DNA from: an uncultured archaeon
Lineage (GTDB): Archaea > Asgardarchaeota > Lokiarchaeia > Sigyniarchaeales > SOKP01
Reading direction: 5' to 3'
Length of the DNA: 39,558 nt
Assembly (NCBI GenBank): GCA_964525635.1
Contig: CAZGJX010000028.1
Location: 1-39,558 of the forward strand
This document shows positions 17,875-28,817 of this stretch, in pieces (position 1 is the stretch's first letter; each line of letters opens with the position of its first letter). The notes below the pieces were generated by a model that saw only the letters and a program-made list of their open reading frames with translations, was not told the origin of the DNA and ran no database searches. A program made the position numbers and the translations under genes.

Positions 17875-18320
17875 TTCTTCTTATATACATAAAACACTTT
17901 TATCAAGTAAAGCCCTATTGCAAACTGAATAATTGGTTGAATTGGAATCCATATAAGGAGGTTAGGATCCCTAAAAAAACATTCAACATAATAATAAACT
18001 GAATGAATTATTGAATTTATGACTAAAATAATTCCAAATAAAAGCCATATTTTGTTAAAACTATCTTTTTTTTCTTTTTTTTTATCATTTAAACTAATAA
18101 TTAATGCAATGATACCAATAATAAAAATAAATAATTCAAACAATAAATTAATTGGATCTAGTCTATATTGTGAAATAAGTACCCAAGCAAAGGTACTTAT
18201 ACTTAAACCAAAATACCATTTTATTATTATAGCACCATAAAAAGTAAAATATGATGGAATGAGTAAAGTCAATAAAATTAAAATGCTACTATATATTTTT
18301 GGAAAATCTTTTATTTTCAT
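17871..18320 (-). CDS. Hypothetical polytopic membrane protein
   Basis: ATG start and 4-5 hydrophobic segments. Confidence 0.6.
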   Translation of the reverse strand: MKIKDFPKIYSSILILLTLLIPSYFTFYGAIIIKWYFGLSISTFAWVLISQYRLDPINLLFELFIFIIGIIALIISLNDKKKEKKDSFNKIWLLFGIILVINSIIHSVYYYVECFFRDPNLLIWIPIQPIIQFAIGLYLIKVFYVYKKN

Positions 18321-18577
18321 GAGATATTAGCTTATCTATTTTATTCAGCTAATAATAAATATGAATTAATTATAATAAATTTTATTTCCATAAAATCTAA
18401 ATTACTTATTTACATAAGAATTATTCTGTATCTTCTACTATATAATTAACTCAACATATATCATTGTATCTTTATTGGATCTTTAGTGAAAATACAAAAA
18501 TAATTAATATGTATAACTCTGATTTCTATAATGCTATTTAATTTAAAAATGAAAAAAAAAAAGAAAAAAAGGTTTAA

Positions 18578-20146
18578 TTATCTTTTAAATTTTTTAAAAG
18601 CAAATATTCCGATAATAAATATTACTGTTGAATAAATGAATAAGATCCCCATATTATTCAATATTCCTGGATCTGATAAGGGTAATCCATTCAACAATAG
18701 ATCTTGGAATACTAATACGGCATAACGAGTTGGTAGAACTCTTGCTATGTTTTGTAGGGCTTCTCCCATAAATTCGAGTGGAAAGAATATACCTGATAGC
18801 ATCATCAATGGTATTAAGATTATCCATACTCCACCTCCAGCGGTGTCAGGATCTTTAAAAATGGGTGTTAAAGCAAATGCAAGACCCAGAATAAAAAATG
18901 AAAAGAGAAATACTCCTAGAATAATACCCAAAATAGCATCAAGTAAGGAAAACACTACTGGATTCCATCCAAAGGGGAATAATAAAGATATTCCAATTGC
19001 TAATTGCATAAAGATTAAAGCTGTATCAGCAAAAATACTCGATAATATAATTTCATAATTTTTAACCTCACTGGAAGCTAATCTCTTATAAATTCCATCT
19101 TTTTTCTCACTGGTTAGTATTATTATTGCAAATGAAAGAATTGTCATTGGACCATATAGAATTAAACCAGCAGACTGATATGTTAGTTGGTTTACTTCTG
19201 AACCAACAGCACTCCCTACTATAAGTCTAAGATCTATTGCATTTGGATTATAATTAATAACACCTGAGATAACACTGCTAAATAAATTTTGGATAATAGA
19301 TTTAGTTGTAGGTGAGACAGATTGTAAAAAATAAACCTCATATTCTAATGGTTCTGATATTGAAGAACCTTCTACTGCCTTATCAATTATATCAATATCA
19401 GATAGAGATGACTGTGATTTATAAAAACCATTTATAACAACAGAAAGTAATCCTTTTGCATAGTTTAATTTTTCAAGTGATAATCCATCACGATAAAAAT
19501 AGGTCATATTTACATCCCAACCATTATCTAGACCCAATCCAAAACTTTGGTTAACAACTAAGATTGCATCTAGCGTTGAATCTTGAAAATTATTAAAATT
19601 ATCTAAACCTATTGCCGTTATATTGTTAAATACAAATGTATGATTTGTCTGGGTTACTAAAAAGTCATACATATCATTTAAGGAATAATTAGCAGAGGTT
19701 GTAGTATCATTATTCCAAAATCCAATATGAGTAAAATATCTTGTTTCAAGACCTTCCTCAAAACCATTAGGAAAATAAACAAATCCATCAATTTCTTCAT
19801 CTAAAGCAGCTTTGATAGCACTCTCATTTGAATAATATTCTTTTAATTTTACATTATCTATATTATCTATAATTTTGTATAATTCACTAACATTAAAATA
19901 TGGATTAATAGTATAATCGGCGGTGGTTGAATCATCATCAATCCATCCAATTTTATAAGTTGTTACATCATCTCCAACAGAACCAAAGATTAAACCTATT
20001 ATTAGATAATACATAATGGGGATTGCAATTAAGAAACCCAAAGCTTTTGGATTTTTATAGAATCGTTTTAAATTTTTTACTGTTAATGTGATTATACGTG
20101 AGATATTCCCACTTCCTTTAATTTTTTCCTTCTTATTGTTTAACAT
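18578..20146 (-). CDS. ABC-2 type exporter permease with large extracellular domain
   Basis: One N-terminal TM, long loop, five C-terminal TM, EKKDGIYKRL and LSGIFFPLE motifs. Confidence 0.9.
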   Translation of the reverse strand: MLNNKKEKIKGSGNISRIITLTVKNLKRFYKNPKALGFLIAIPIMYYLIIGLIFGSVGDDVTTYKIGWIDDDSTTADYTINPYFNVSELYKIIDNIDNVKLKEYYSNESAIKAALDEEIDGFVYFPNGFEEGLETRYFTHIGFWNNDTTTSANYSLNDMYDFLVTQTNHTFVFNNITAIGLDNFNNFQDSTLDAILVVNQSFGLGLDNGWDVNMTYFYRDGLSLEKLNYAKGLLSVVINGFYKSQSSLSDIDIIDKAVEGSSISEPLEYEVYFLQSVSPTTKSIIQNLFSSVISGVINYNPNAIDLRLIVGSAVGSEVNQLTYQSAGLILYGPMTILSFAIIILTSEKKDGIYKRLASSEVKNYEIILSSIFADTALIFMQLAIGISLLFPFGWNPVVFSLLDAILGIILGVFLFSFFILGLAFALTPIFKDPDTAGGGVWIILIPLMMLSGIFFPLEFMGEALQNIARVLPTRYAVLVFQDLLLNGLPLSDPGILNNMGILFIYSTVIFIIGIFAFKKFKR

Positions 20147-20161
20147 TTTATTTATCAGCTC

Positions 20162-21148
20162 CTATTCTCTTAAAGATCTTCCTGTTAAAGCCAAGAAGAC
20201 ATTTTCTAAACTATTTCTCTGAACTTCAACATCTAGGATGTGTAAATCTTTTCCTTCTTTAGTAAAATGATTTATTATTTCTCCAATTTTTCCAAGACCA
20301 TCCATTGCATTAATTCTAGTAATCATTTCATCATCAAGATGGTATGCATCAATAATATAATCAAATTCTTTTATTTTTTCAATTTCACTTAATAAAATAT
20401 TCATTGGTCCATCAATTTTGAAATTTAATAAATCACCTTTTCCTATTGTTTCTTTTAAGTGTTCTGGTGTTCCTTCTGCAATAATTTTTCCATGATCAAT
20501 AATAGCTAATCGATCGGATAAGACGTCTGCCTCGTCCATATAATGCGTGGTTAAAAATATTGTTTTATGTCGAGCTTTTAATTCAAATAGATAGTCCCAT
20601 ATCAATCTTCGAGTTTGTGGATCTAATCCTGCAGTAGGTTCGTCAAGAAATAGAATATCAGGATCATGTACTAAACCAATGATTAGATTTAATCTCCTTT
20701 TCATTCCGCCACTAAGTTTCTCTGCTCTAGTTTTTCTTTTTTCTTGAAGTCCAACTTTTTCAATTAATTCATTGGCACGGTTTTTCAACTGATTTTTATC
20801 AATATTATACATTTTTCCAAAAAATATTACATTTTCATAAACAGATAATTCTTCATAAAATATATTCTCTTGAGGAACTATGCCAATAAGTTTCTTTACT
20901 TTAATGTGGTCTTTAATGACATCATATCCTCCAACTAATGCTTGACCGCCAGTTTGGGGCAAATAACAAGAGAGTATGTTGATTGTTGTAGTTTTTCCCG
21001 CACCATTAGGCCCTAAAAAACCAAAGCATTCTCCTTTATGAACTTCGAAAGAAATACCATCAATTGCCTTAACATCACTAAAGTATTTTTTTAAATCTAT
21101 AACCTGAAATGCTATATCATTAGTTTCTTTTAATTTAGAGATATTCAT
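20162..21148 (-). CDS. ABC-2 exporter ATP-binding subunit (DrrA/CcmA-like)
   Basis: GPNGAGKTT, LSGGMKRR, FLDEPTAGLDP, TTHYMDEA, SLENVFLALTG. Confidence 0.95.
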   Translation of the reverse strand: MNISKLKETNDIAFQVIDLKKYFSDVKAIDGISFEVHKGECFGFLGPNGAGKTTTINILSCYLPQTGGQALVGGYDVIKDHIKVKKLIGIVPQENIFYEELSVYENVIFFGKMYNIDKNQLKNRANELIEKVGLQEKRKTRAEKLSGGMKRRLNLIIGLVHDPDILFLDEPTAGLDPQTRRLIWDYLFELKARHKTIFLTTHYMDEADVLSDRLAIIDHGKIIAEGTPEHLKETIGKGDLLNFKIDGPMNILLSEIEKIKEFDYIIDAYHLDDEMITRINAMDGLGKIGEIINHFTKEGKDLHILDVEVQRNSLENVFLALTGRSLRE

Positions 21149-21364
21149 TTTTTTAAAGTTTTCTATATTTTTTTTTTTATTGGATTAAATATTCATATAT
21201 TATGTCTATTTTTTATTATTTAAAAAATATGTAGACCATTTTTAATTATTTTAAATGATCTCAATTATATAAATGATGATGTAATAGAATCTTTAGTAAA
21301 TTTTTTTTTATTTCATAAATTCGATGATATTTAATAAAAATAAATAAATTTTGAATTATTAAAG

Positions 21365-21859
21365 ATGAAAGAAAATAAAGATCGATCACAATTAAAATCT
21401 GGTATTAATGAGGATGAAATATTCAAATCGCCTGCTCATAAAATAAGAACAGAGATTATAAAAGAAATTGGAAACTCAAAAAAATTACTATTTAGTGAAA
21501 TAAAAAAGCGATTAAAATCAATTGATAGTCTTACTTTGTCATATCATTTAAAAAGCCTAGAATCATTATTAATTATTAGTAATAAAAGATATAAATTATC
21601 TAAAATTGGAAAATCTGCTTATAATCTCCTATTTAATATTAATCAATATCATAAAATCTCAAGATATAAAAGAAGATTTATACTTGCATATATTGCCACA
21701 GTATTATGTTGGATAACCGTACAAACCCTAGTTCCTATAGTTATATATCAAATAGATCCACAATTCAGCGTACCTCCCTATTGTATTTCTGTAATTATAA
21801 TTATTCAAATTGTTGCCGTGATAAATTATATTATTATTTGGAAATTGAAAGATATATAA
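21365..21859 (+). CDS. ArsR-like wHTH protein with two C-terminal TM helices
   Basis: AHKIRTEIIKEI..FSEIK..LSYHLKSL..YKLSKIG, then two hydrophobic helices. Confidence 0.75.
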   Translation: MKENKDRSQLKSGINEDEIFKSPAHKIRTEIIKEIGNSKKLLFSEIKKRLKSIDSLTLSYHLKSLESLLIISNKRYKLSKIGKSAYNLLFNINQYHKISRYKRRFILAYIATVLCWITVQTLVPIVIYQIDPQFSVPPYCISVIIIIQIVAVINYIIIWKLKDI

Positions 21860-21899
21860 AATGAGGATTCTTAAATAATAATAATTATAGTGATAGCTA

Positions 21900-22502
21900 T
21901 TGAATATAACCTTCTTACTCAAAACAGAGACTGTTAATATCGACAAATATACCATTAAGGATATTCCTAGCTCTTCTGGTAGATTAGATGTAATATCTCG
22001 TTGTATTTTATCTTCACTTATTGATAATGATAAATTCAACATGAACGTTCAGATTTGGATTTTTTTTAATACTTATGGTACTTTTATTTTCAACACAAAA
22101 AATCTGATATATTCTGAATTTCCAAAAAACGAGCTTTTACTTTCAGATTATATAGTTAAATTAATTAAAGTAAAAGAAAATAAAAATCAATTAGATGAAA
22201 ATCCTTTAAAATTTGTAGAAGTAAAAAAACTTTCGATGATTGATTATTTAATAGAATTGAAAATCAACAAGAAGTTAATTTTCGTTTTAAGAGAAGAAGG
22301 AAAGGATTTTTTTGAAGTAATGAAAAATAATTTAATCCAAAATGAAATTTATTTTATATTAGGTAATCAAAGTGAAGATTTTATAAATTCAAGAGAGTTT
22401 TTAAAATTAAACATCCCAACTATAAGTCTTGGATTTAAATCATATCTTGCCTCATCAGTAATACGGTTAATAAAATTTAACTTGAAGACTTTACTTGACT
22501 AA
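21900..22502 (+). CDS. trmY: tRNA (pseudouridine54-N1)-methyltransferase
   Basis: DIPSSSGRLDVISRCI, LREEG, FILGNQ, ISLG..SYLAS SPOUT motifs. Confidence 0.85.
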   Translation: MNITFLLKTETVNIDKYTIKDIPSSSGRLDVISRCILSSLIDNDKFNMNVQIWIFFNTYGTFIFNTKNLIYSEFPKNELLLSDYIVKLIKVKENKNQLDENPLKFVEVKKLSMIDYLIELKINKKLIFVLREEGKDFFEVMKNNLIQNEIYFILGNQSEDFINSREFLKLNIPTISLGFKSYLASSVIRLIKFNLKTLLD

Positions 22503-22543
22503 TTATTATTTTTCAATTATAATTATTTTAATGAGTATTAATC

Positions 22544-23221
22544 TTGTCAGAAGAAAAGCATTATACTAAAAAACGAGTTAAACAAAAAAAATTTTTAAGC
22601 ATATTTACTGAAAAACCTATAAATTATTTAATTCAGCATAATATATCTCCCAATATCCTTTCATATTTAGGATTTATTTTTTCTATTATTGCTACTATTT
22701 TTATTGGTTTTAGATTTTCTTCTAAAGGAATATTCCTTGCTTGGATTCCACCGTTTCTTATCTTTTTCTCTGGTGCTTTTGATATTCTTGATGGTGCAGT
22801 AGCTAGGAGGACAAATAAAGCTAATTCCTGTGGTGCTTTCTTAGATTCAAATTTAGATAGATTATCTGATGCAGTTTTATTATTAGGTTTAATTTATGGG
22901 AAACTGATTGAATTTCTTGTTGGTTATATATTGTTGTTTCTGACCTTAATGATATCATATACAAGAGCTAGAGCAGAAACAGAGGGAGTAAATATGAAAG
23001 GAATAGGATTGATGGAACGGGCAGATAGAATAATAATTCTCATTATTGCTTTATCCATAGAAGGATGGATTTTTCAAATATCTTATTGGATGCAATTTGA
23101 TTATTCTGGATTATTTTTTACTATATTCATTTGTTTATATATGATTCTGCTAATTATCACTTTATTACATAGGATCATGTATACATTTAAAAGTTTGAGG
23201 AAAAAAGATATAAAAAGTTAA
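22544..23221 (+). CDS. CDP-alcohol phosphatidyltransferase (archaetidylinositol-phosphate-synthase-like)
   Basis: SPNILS, DILDGAVAR..GAFLDSNLDRLSD, SYTRARAE, GLMERADR. Confidence 0.92.
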   Translation: MSEEKHYTKKRVKQKKFLSIFTEKPINYLIQHNISPNILSYLGFIFSIIATIFIGFRFSSKGIFLAWIPPFLIFFSGAFDILDGAVARRTNKANSCGAFLDSNLDRLSDAVLLLGLIYGKLIEFLVGYILLFLTLMISYTRARAETEGVNMKGIGLMERADRIIILIIALSIEGWIFQISYWMQFDYSGLFFTIFICLYMILLIITLLHRIMYTFKSLRKKDIKS

Positions 23222-23382
23222 TTATGTAAAAATTGAATTGTATATTTTTTTAAATGATATATTAAGTTTGCTCTTAGCAGAATTCTAATCTGTCAGTAAT
23301 TTTTTAAATTATTCTTCTTTATATTACTAAAATCTTAAATCTATAATTTTTTTTAGATAAAAAAGTTATTTATAAAATTATC

Positions 23383-23658
23383 ATGCCAAAAAAAAGAAAA
23401 AGTAGTGGAAAAACAGGATCAAGTAAAGGTAAATACAAGAATGTTCAATGCACTAAATGTGGACGTCAAGTACCAAGAAGTAAAGCAAAAATAGTAAGAA
23501 GTAGAACTAATCTTGTTGATGGAAGAATGTTCAAAGAACTAAAGCAGGAGGGAACTATAATTATAAGTGGAACTACAAGAAAATATTTATGTATTAGTTG
23601 TGCCATACATTCTCATCTTGTTAGTCAGAGAGCTGAAAATGAGAGAAAAGGCGGTTAA
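23383..23658 (+). CDS. rps26e: 30S ribosomal protein S26e
   Basis: MPKKRKS..VQCTKCGRQVPRSKA..LCISCAIHS. Confidence 0.96.
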   Translation: MPKKRKSSGKTGSSKGKYKNVQCTKCGRQVPRSKAKIVRSRTNLVDGRMFKELKQEGTIIISGTTRKYLCISCAIHSHLVSQRAENERKGG

Positions 23659-23696
23659 ATTGCCTTATTTTTTCATTTTGTTAAAATTTAAAATCT

Positions 23697-25682
23697 TTAA
23701 ATGTTTAATTGTTTAAAGAATGAGGGTAAGGTATAATGTATTTCACATTGATCTTTTCCTTGGATTTCTATAATGGCACGAATTAAATATAATTCTTTTA
23801 GATTCTCATCTGAATTATAGATTTTTACTTTAGCTGTTGGTTTTATTTTTAGACTATAATTTTCGGCAATACCAGTAATATTTTGTTCTGTCTTTAGTCT
23901 AATCCCCAATAATCCTAATTCATAATGAGAAATGATAAAAAGCAATTTACCATTTTTTTCTTTAATAAAATGTACAACTTCTAGAAAATCTTTTTTAAGC
24001 TCTTTGGGTATTTTCCCATAACTTATGATTTTATTAGTCCCTGTGATATAAGGAAACGGTGTATAGAATAATTTATTAAAACTTGAGATTTTTTTTATTT
24101 GTTCATTATATTTTTCTACGTTTTTCACATTATAAGCTCTGTTTAACAAAAGATCAATTTTATCAATAACTTCTTCTGCATTATAACCATTTATAACCGT
24201 TGCTATATATGCTCGCTTTAATTTTTCCACTAATATATCTGCTTTCCAATCTAAACCAGCATCAATTGCCATTTCTAAACTTTCATTGTAGAGATTTGTT
24301 GCTAATTGAGAGTGACCTAAAGCTAAAAAATAATCTCCTAATTCACTAAATACAATTACTGCATCACCTATATTTTCATCAAGGTTAATATCAGAGATTT
24401 CACTCATAATTGCCATAGCAGTATTTCTTTCTTCTTTACTTCCTTGCATATATAAAGCAATTGCTTTTCCTATAGCACATTTTAGCTTAAGTTTATCATC
24501 TTGATATACTTCCGCTAGTTCTTCTGTAAAATTATACGATAAAATTGAACTATCATATAAACCATGGAAAAGAAGGATTAATGCTTTAACATAATTTAAA
24601 GTTAAACATGTTTGGTAATTATATATAATCGTTGAAAATAATGCTGCCCTTTCCAATGAATCAATGGCAGAATTAATACGACCAAGAGAGACCAATAAAA
24701 ATGCCCTTAAAAATTCCATCTTTGATATTTCAGAACATATTAATTTTTCAACTATTTCATAATCCTTTAATTGTTTCAGTTGACCTAGAGCTAATTGTAA
24801 TAAAGAGACCAAAAATCCATTCCCTTTCTTTAAATCCGCTACAGCACTCTTGGAATCATTCTTTATAATTGCGTCTCTGCTTTGTTTTAAATATTCTCTG
24901 GCAATCTTTAAGTTTTCGAGAAAAGAAATAATATTTTCTACAGATGCCTCATCACTTCGACTTAATTTTTGACCTTCAATATATTTTTCTGCTATCTTTA
25001 AATTCTCCTCATACTTCGATGTACCATGTCCAAATTTAATCTTTTTATCTTCCGAATAGGAATCTTGACTAATTATTGAATCCTCTGTTACACTAACGGC
25101 TCTTTCTATTAACCATGTTATTTTATCTTCTGCAGGATATGTTTTAGACCTTTCAATCATATATCCAAGAGTATAATTTAAGCTTTGTTTCCAAACATTC
25201 TTAAAATAATTCCTCATTTGAGATTTTGATGCTGTTCGATGAACTTTTAAAAGAAAACTAGAGAGAGATAAAATATTAATTATTCTTGGATATAATAGAG
25301 TTGTATTTTTTGCTAATTTAAAATCATCTGTAACTAAGTTAACTTCACTTAAATCCATTTCCTCTAATAATCCTTTTGATAATGCTACAAGACTTAAATC
25401 ATTATCCTGAGCAGGAAACCGGATATTTCCTTTATTTAATTTTCTTTTTATATCTTCAATTTTTTTTTTATCTACTTCTCTTATATTCACTAAATCAACG
25501 AATTTTTCTTTAAAAATATCAGAGGCTTTAATTTCTTTAAAAACCACATCAGATATATAAAATTCATAATCTAATTCAGAAGCTGCTTTCTTTAAATTAA
25601 TGAGAATTTCTCTTGCATTTATAGATAGCATGCAAATAAAGAAATTAGCATCAAACACAAAAATTTCTTTACTCATCAACAT
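23697..25682 (-). CDS. PIN-domain protein fused to TPR-like helical repeats
   Basis: FVFDANFFI, VFKEI, DNDLSLVAL, LVTDDFKL acidic PIN motifs, followed by TPR-like repeats (ELGDYFLALGHSQLATNLYNESL). Confidence 0.75.
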   Translation of the reverse strand: MLMSKEIFVFDANFFICMLSINAREILINLKKAASELDYEFYISDVVFKEIKASDIFKEKFVDLVNIREVDKKKIEDIKRKLNKGNIRFPAQDNDLSLVALSKGLLEEMDLSEVNLVTDDFKLAKNTTLLYPRIINILSLSSFLLKVHRTASKSQMRNYFKNVWKQSLNYTLGYMIERSKTYPAEDKITWLIERAVSVTEDSIISQDSYSEDKKIKFGHGTSKYEENLKIAEKYIEGQKLSRSDEASVENIISFLENLKIAREYLKQSRDAIIKNDSKSAVADLKKGNGFLVSLLQLALGQLKQLKDYEIVEKLICSEISKMEFLRAFLLVSLGRINSAIDSLERAALFSTIIYNYQTCLTLNYVKALILLFHGLYDSSILSYNFTEELAEVYQDDKLKLKCAIGKAIALYMQGSKEERNTAMAIMSEISDINLDENIGDAVIVFSELGDYFLALGHSQLATNLYNESLEMAIDAGLDWKADILVEKLKRAYIATVINGYNAEEVIDKIDLLLNRAYNVKNVEKYNEQIKKISSFNKLFYTPFPYITGTNKIISYGKIPKELKKDFLEVVHFIKEKNGKLLFIISHYELGLLGIRLKTEQNITGIAENYSLKIKPTAKVKIYNSDENLKELYLIRAIIEIQGKDQCEIHYTLPSFFKQLNI

Positions 25683-26129
25683 TTTAGAAGAAATTAATTT
25701 GAAAATTAAGATTTATAATATAAATATATAACAATTATTTTAATCTTATTTAAATTAATAATTTTTAATTCTCTTATTTTATTTGTTCTCTTTTAATATT
25801 TTTAAGAATTGATAACTATACATGACATAACTTAAATAAAAGGAAATATAGAGCTAAAAAAAATTTCTTTAAAAACCTAAATTTATTGAAACAATTAAGG
25901 ACATTTTAATTATTGTTTTCCTTATTTTATATTATCTCCATATATTTATGATTAATATTTTATATAACAGGGCTTAAAATTTACTCGAATATTCAGTTTA
26001 TTTTCAAATTTAAATTTGTATAAAATTATATTTGTAAAAAATTAGTCTAAATTGTTTTAAATATAATCTTGGATATTCTAATTCTAATAATTTTAATAAA
26101 TTATAAAATTATATAAAGGTGAAATTTTA

Positions 26130-28817
26130 ATGGAATTACAAAAAAAGAAGCAATATATACTATTAATTCTAGGATTAATTTTCTTTTCTTTAACAACAAC
26201 TAATTTTGTTTATTATTTTAGAATTAATAGTAATCGTTATGATGCAGATTATTGGGATGGAATAAAAATTAAATCATCTTCGGGATCATGGCACACATCC
26301 ATTACCAGAGCAGTGGGAACAAATCCTTATTGGTTAGATGCAGGTGACGCTAATAATGATGGATATACTGATATTGTTGTGTCACATTGCAATGACGATA
26401 AGATTTCAATACTTACTTGGAATTCAGTAACTCAAGATTGGAATTCTTTTTTACAAAGATCTACAGGGGGATGTCCAGGAAATCCAGTTATAAAGGATGT
26501 GAACAACGATGGTTACAATGATATAATTGTTCCAAATTACTATGATGATGAAGTTTCTATGTATTTCTGGAATCCAGCAATTAATAATTGGAATTCAGAG
26601 GTTAAAAAATATGCGGGTTATAATCCATATACTATTGCTGTAGGTGATGCTAACAATGATGGATATAATGATATTGCTATAACTCATTATGCTCTTTATA
26701 GTTACATTTCCGTATATTTATGGAATCCTGCAGCAAATGATTGGCATTATTCAGAAATATTAAACACTGAATGGAATCCTGCACATGTTTTTATAGAAGA
26801 TGTTAATAACGATGGATATAAGGATATCGTTGCCACACATAATGATGGATCTACAGGAGGGCTCTCGATATTATTATGGAATCCAACTTCTAATTATTGG
26901 AACGACTACTTTTTTAAAGAAGCAGGAAAATGGCCATCAAAAATTGCTATAGCAGATGCAAATAACGATGGATATAAGGACATTGTTTGTACAAACTCCG
27001 GTTTATATACAGCTGATAATAAACTCGCAATATTGTTATGGAATCCCTCTACTAAGACATGGAATCCAATAATCATAAAAACTGTTGGATATCGCCCAAG
27101 TGGTGTTTTTATTGGGGACGCTAATACAGACGGAAAAAATGATATCGTTTGTACTAATTATGATGATGATACAATTTCTATTTTACTCTGGAATTCTGGT
27201 ATTAATAAATGGGATCCTCAACTAATATTACCCGTTGGAAATGGTCCACGTACTCCAAATATAAAAGACCTAAATCATGATGGAAAAAATGATATTACTT
27301 TAACGAATAATAATGATAATGACGTTTCATTACTTTATTGGTTTGAAGATAATACACCCCCTTCGCTTATTATTAATAATCCCATTCAAGATGGAAATTA
27401 CAGCGTAGCTCCTATTTTTAATGTTGATATCACAGATAATAATTATATTTATAAAAAATGGTATACAATAAACATGAATCCTCAGAGGTATTTTTTTACT
27501 GAGAATGGACCTATTAGTGATTGGTTAAGTTTACCAGATGGAACAGTAACAATAACTTTTTATGCTAATGACACTTCTGGCAATGAAATATCTGATTCAG
27601 TTACAGTTAATAAAGATGCAACAGAGCCAACCGTGAATGTTATATCACCAATAAATCAGGAACTTTTTGGAGAAGATGCTCCGAGTTATGTTGTTGAGGT
27701 ATTCGATGAACATTTGGATTTAATGTGGTATACTTATCCTTATAATGATCCAACAAGATATTTCTTTACAGATAATGATACATTATTAGGATGGGCAGGG
27801 TTACCTGACGGTTATATAACAATTAGGTTCTATGCAAATGATACTTATAATAATGAAATTTATGAGGAGATAGGTATTACAAAAGATACAACATCTCCAG
27901 AGATGTACATATATTATCCAAATCCATATGATATTTTCTCAAATAATGCTCCATTTTATAATATTGGGATAAATGAATATAATTTAGATACGTTTTGGTA
28001 TACACTGAATGAAAGTTCAAATGTATATACATCTAATCTTTATGGATATATTAATCAAACACTATGGGATACTTTTCCAAGTTCTTTTATTAAAATTACT
28101 TTTTATGCCAATGATTCATTTAATAGAATTTCTTCTCAAGATATCAATATCATTAAAGATATAGACGATCCTATAGTAGATGTTATTTTCCCTCTACCAA
28201 ATGAATTAGTTGGTAAAAAGGCTCCGATGTTTGAAGTTTCTGTTACAGAACCAAATATAGACGAAATTTTATATTCATTGGATAATGGAATTACAAATTA
28301 TACTTTAAGTACTTGTTGCAACCAATATGCATGGGATAATTGTGAAGATGGATATGTTACAATTGATTTTTATGCCAGAGATATGGCTGGAAATAGGGGA
28401 TTCTATGAAATAATAATTAGAAAAGATACAATATCTCCAAATATTATAATAAATTCACCAATTGGAGGACAAGAATTCTCTAAAACTCCGCCTAACTTTA
28501 CTCTTTCAATATCTAAGCCTAATATTGATTCAATTTGGTTTACCTTTGATAATGGAGAACATAATTTTTCATGTGGTGTATCAGGGCAAATAGATGCAAA
28601 TTTATGGGATAATTTGGAGAATGGTATATATAATGTAAAATTCTATGCAAATGATACTGTTGGGAATTTAGGATATTCTACAGTTCAGATTTCAAAAAAT
28701 GTAAAAAATGAAACTCCAAGCGTACATGGATTTAATTTCTATGTAATGGGATTTTCGTTATTAGTTGGCATAATTTACATTTTAGTAGATTTTAAAAGAA
28801 GAAAAAAAATTTGCTAA
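26130..28817 (+). CDS. Surface protein: seven FG-GAP/VCBS repeats, five Ig-like repeats, C-terminal TM anchor
   Basis: Seven D-x-N-x-D-G-x-x-D-I loops. Five D-x-x-x-P...FYA-x-D repeats. Ends VHGF + hydrophobic helix + DFKRRKKIC. Confidence 0.87.
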   Translation: MELQKKKQYILLILGLIFFSLTTTNFVYYFRINSNRYDADYWDGIKIKSSSGSWHTSITRAVGTNPYWLDAGDANNDGYTDIVVSHCNDDKISILTWNSVTQDWNSFLQRSTGGCPGNPVIKDVNNDGYNDIIVPNYYDDEVSMYFWNPAINNWNSEVKKYAGYNPYTIAVGDANNDGYNDIAITHYALYSYISVYLWNPAANDWHYSEILNTEWNPAHVFIEDVNNDGYKDIVATHNDGSTGGLSILLWNPTSNYWNDYFFKEAGKWPSKIAIADANNDGYKDIVCTNSGLYTADNKLAILLWNPSTKTWNPIIIKTVGYRPSGVFIGDANTDGKNDIVCTNYDDDTISILLWNSGINKWDPQLILPVGNGPRTPNIKDLNHDGKNDITLTNNNDNDVSLLYWFEDNTPPSLIINNPIQDGNYSVAPIFNVDITDNNYIYKKWYTINMNPQRYFFTENGPISDWLSLPDGTVTITFYANDTSGNEISDSVTVNKDATEPTVNVISPINQELFGEDAPSYVVEVFDEHLDLMWYTYPYNDPTRYFFTDNDTLLGWAGLPDGYITIRFYANDTYNNEIYEEIGITKDTTSPEMYIYYPNPYDIFSNNAPFYNIGINEYNLDTFWYTLNESSNVYTSNLYGYINQTLWDTFPSSFIKITFYANDSFNRISSQDINIIKDIDDPIVDVIFPLPNELVGKKAPMFEVSVTEPNIDEILYSLDNGITNYTLSTCCNQYAWDNCEDGYVTIDFYARDMAGNRGFYEIIIRKDTISPNIIINSPIGGQEFSKTPPNFTLSISKPNIDSIWFTFDNGEHNFSCGVSGQIDANLWDNLENGIYNVKFYANDTVGNLGYSTVQISKNVKNETPSVHGFNFYVMGFSLLVGIIYILVDFKRRKKIC

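Noticed and set aside
13059-22042. Short ORFs 13059-13355, 15574-15765, 18019-18240, 18747-19058, 21728-22042
   Set aside because: All overlap better-supported genes on the opposite strand.
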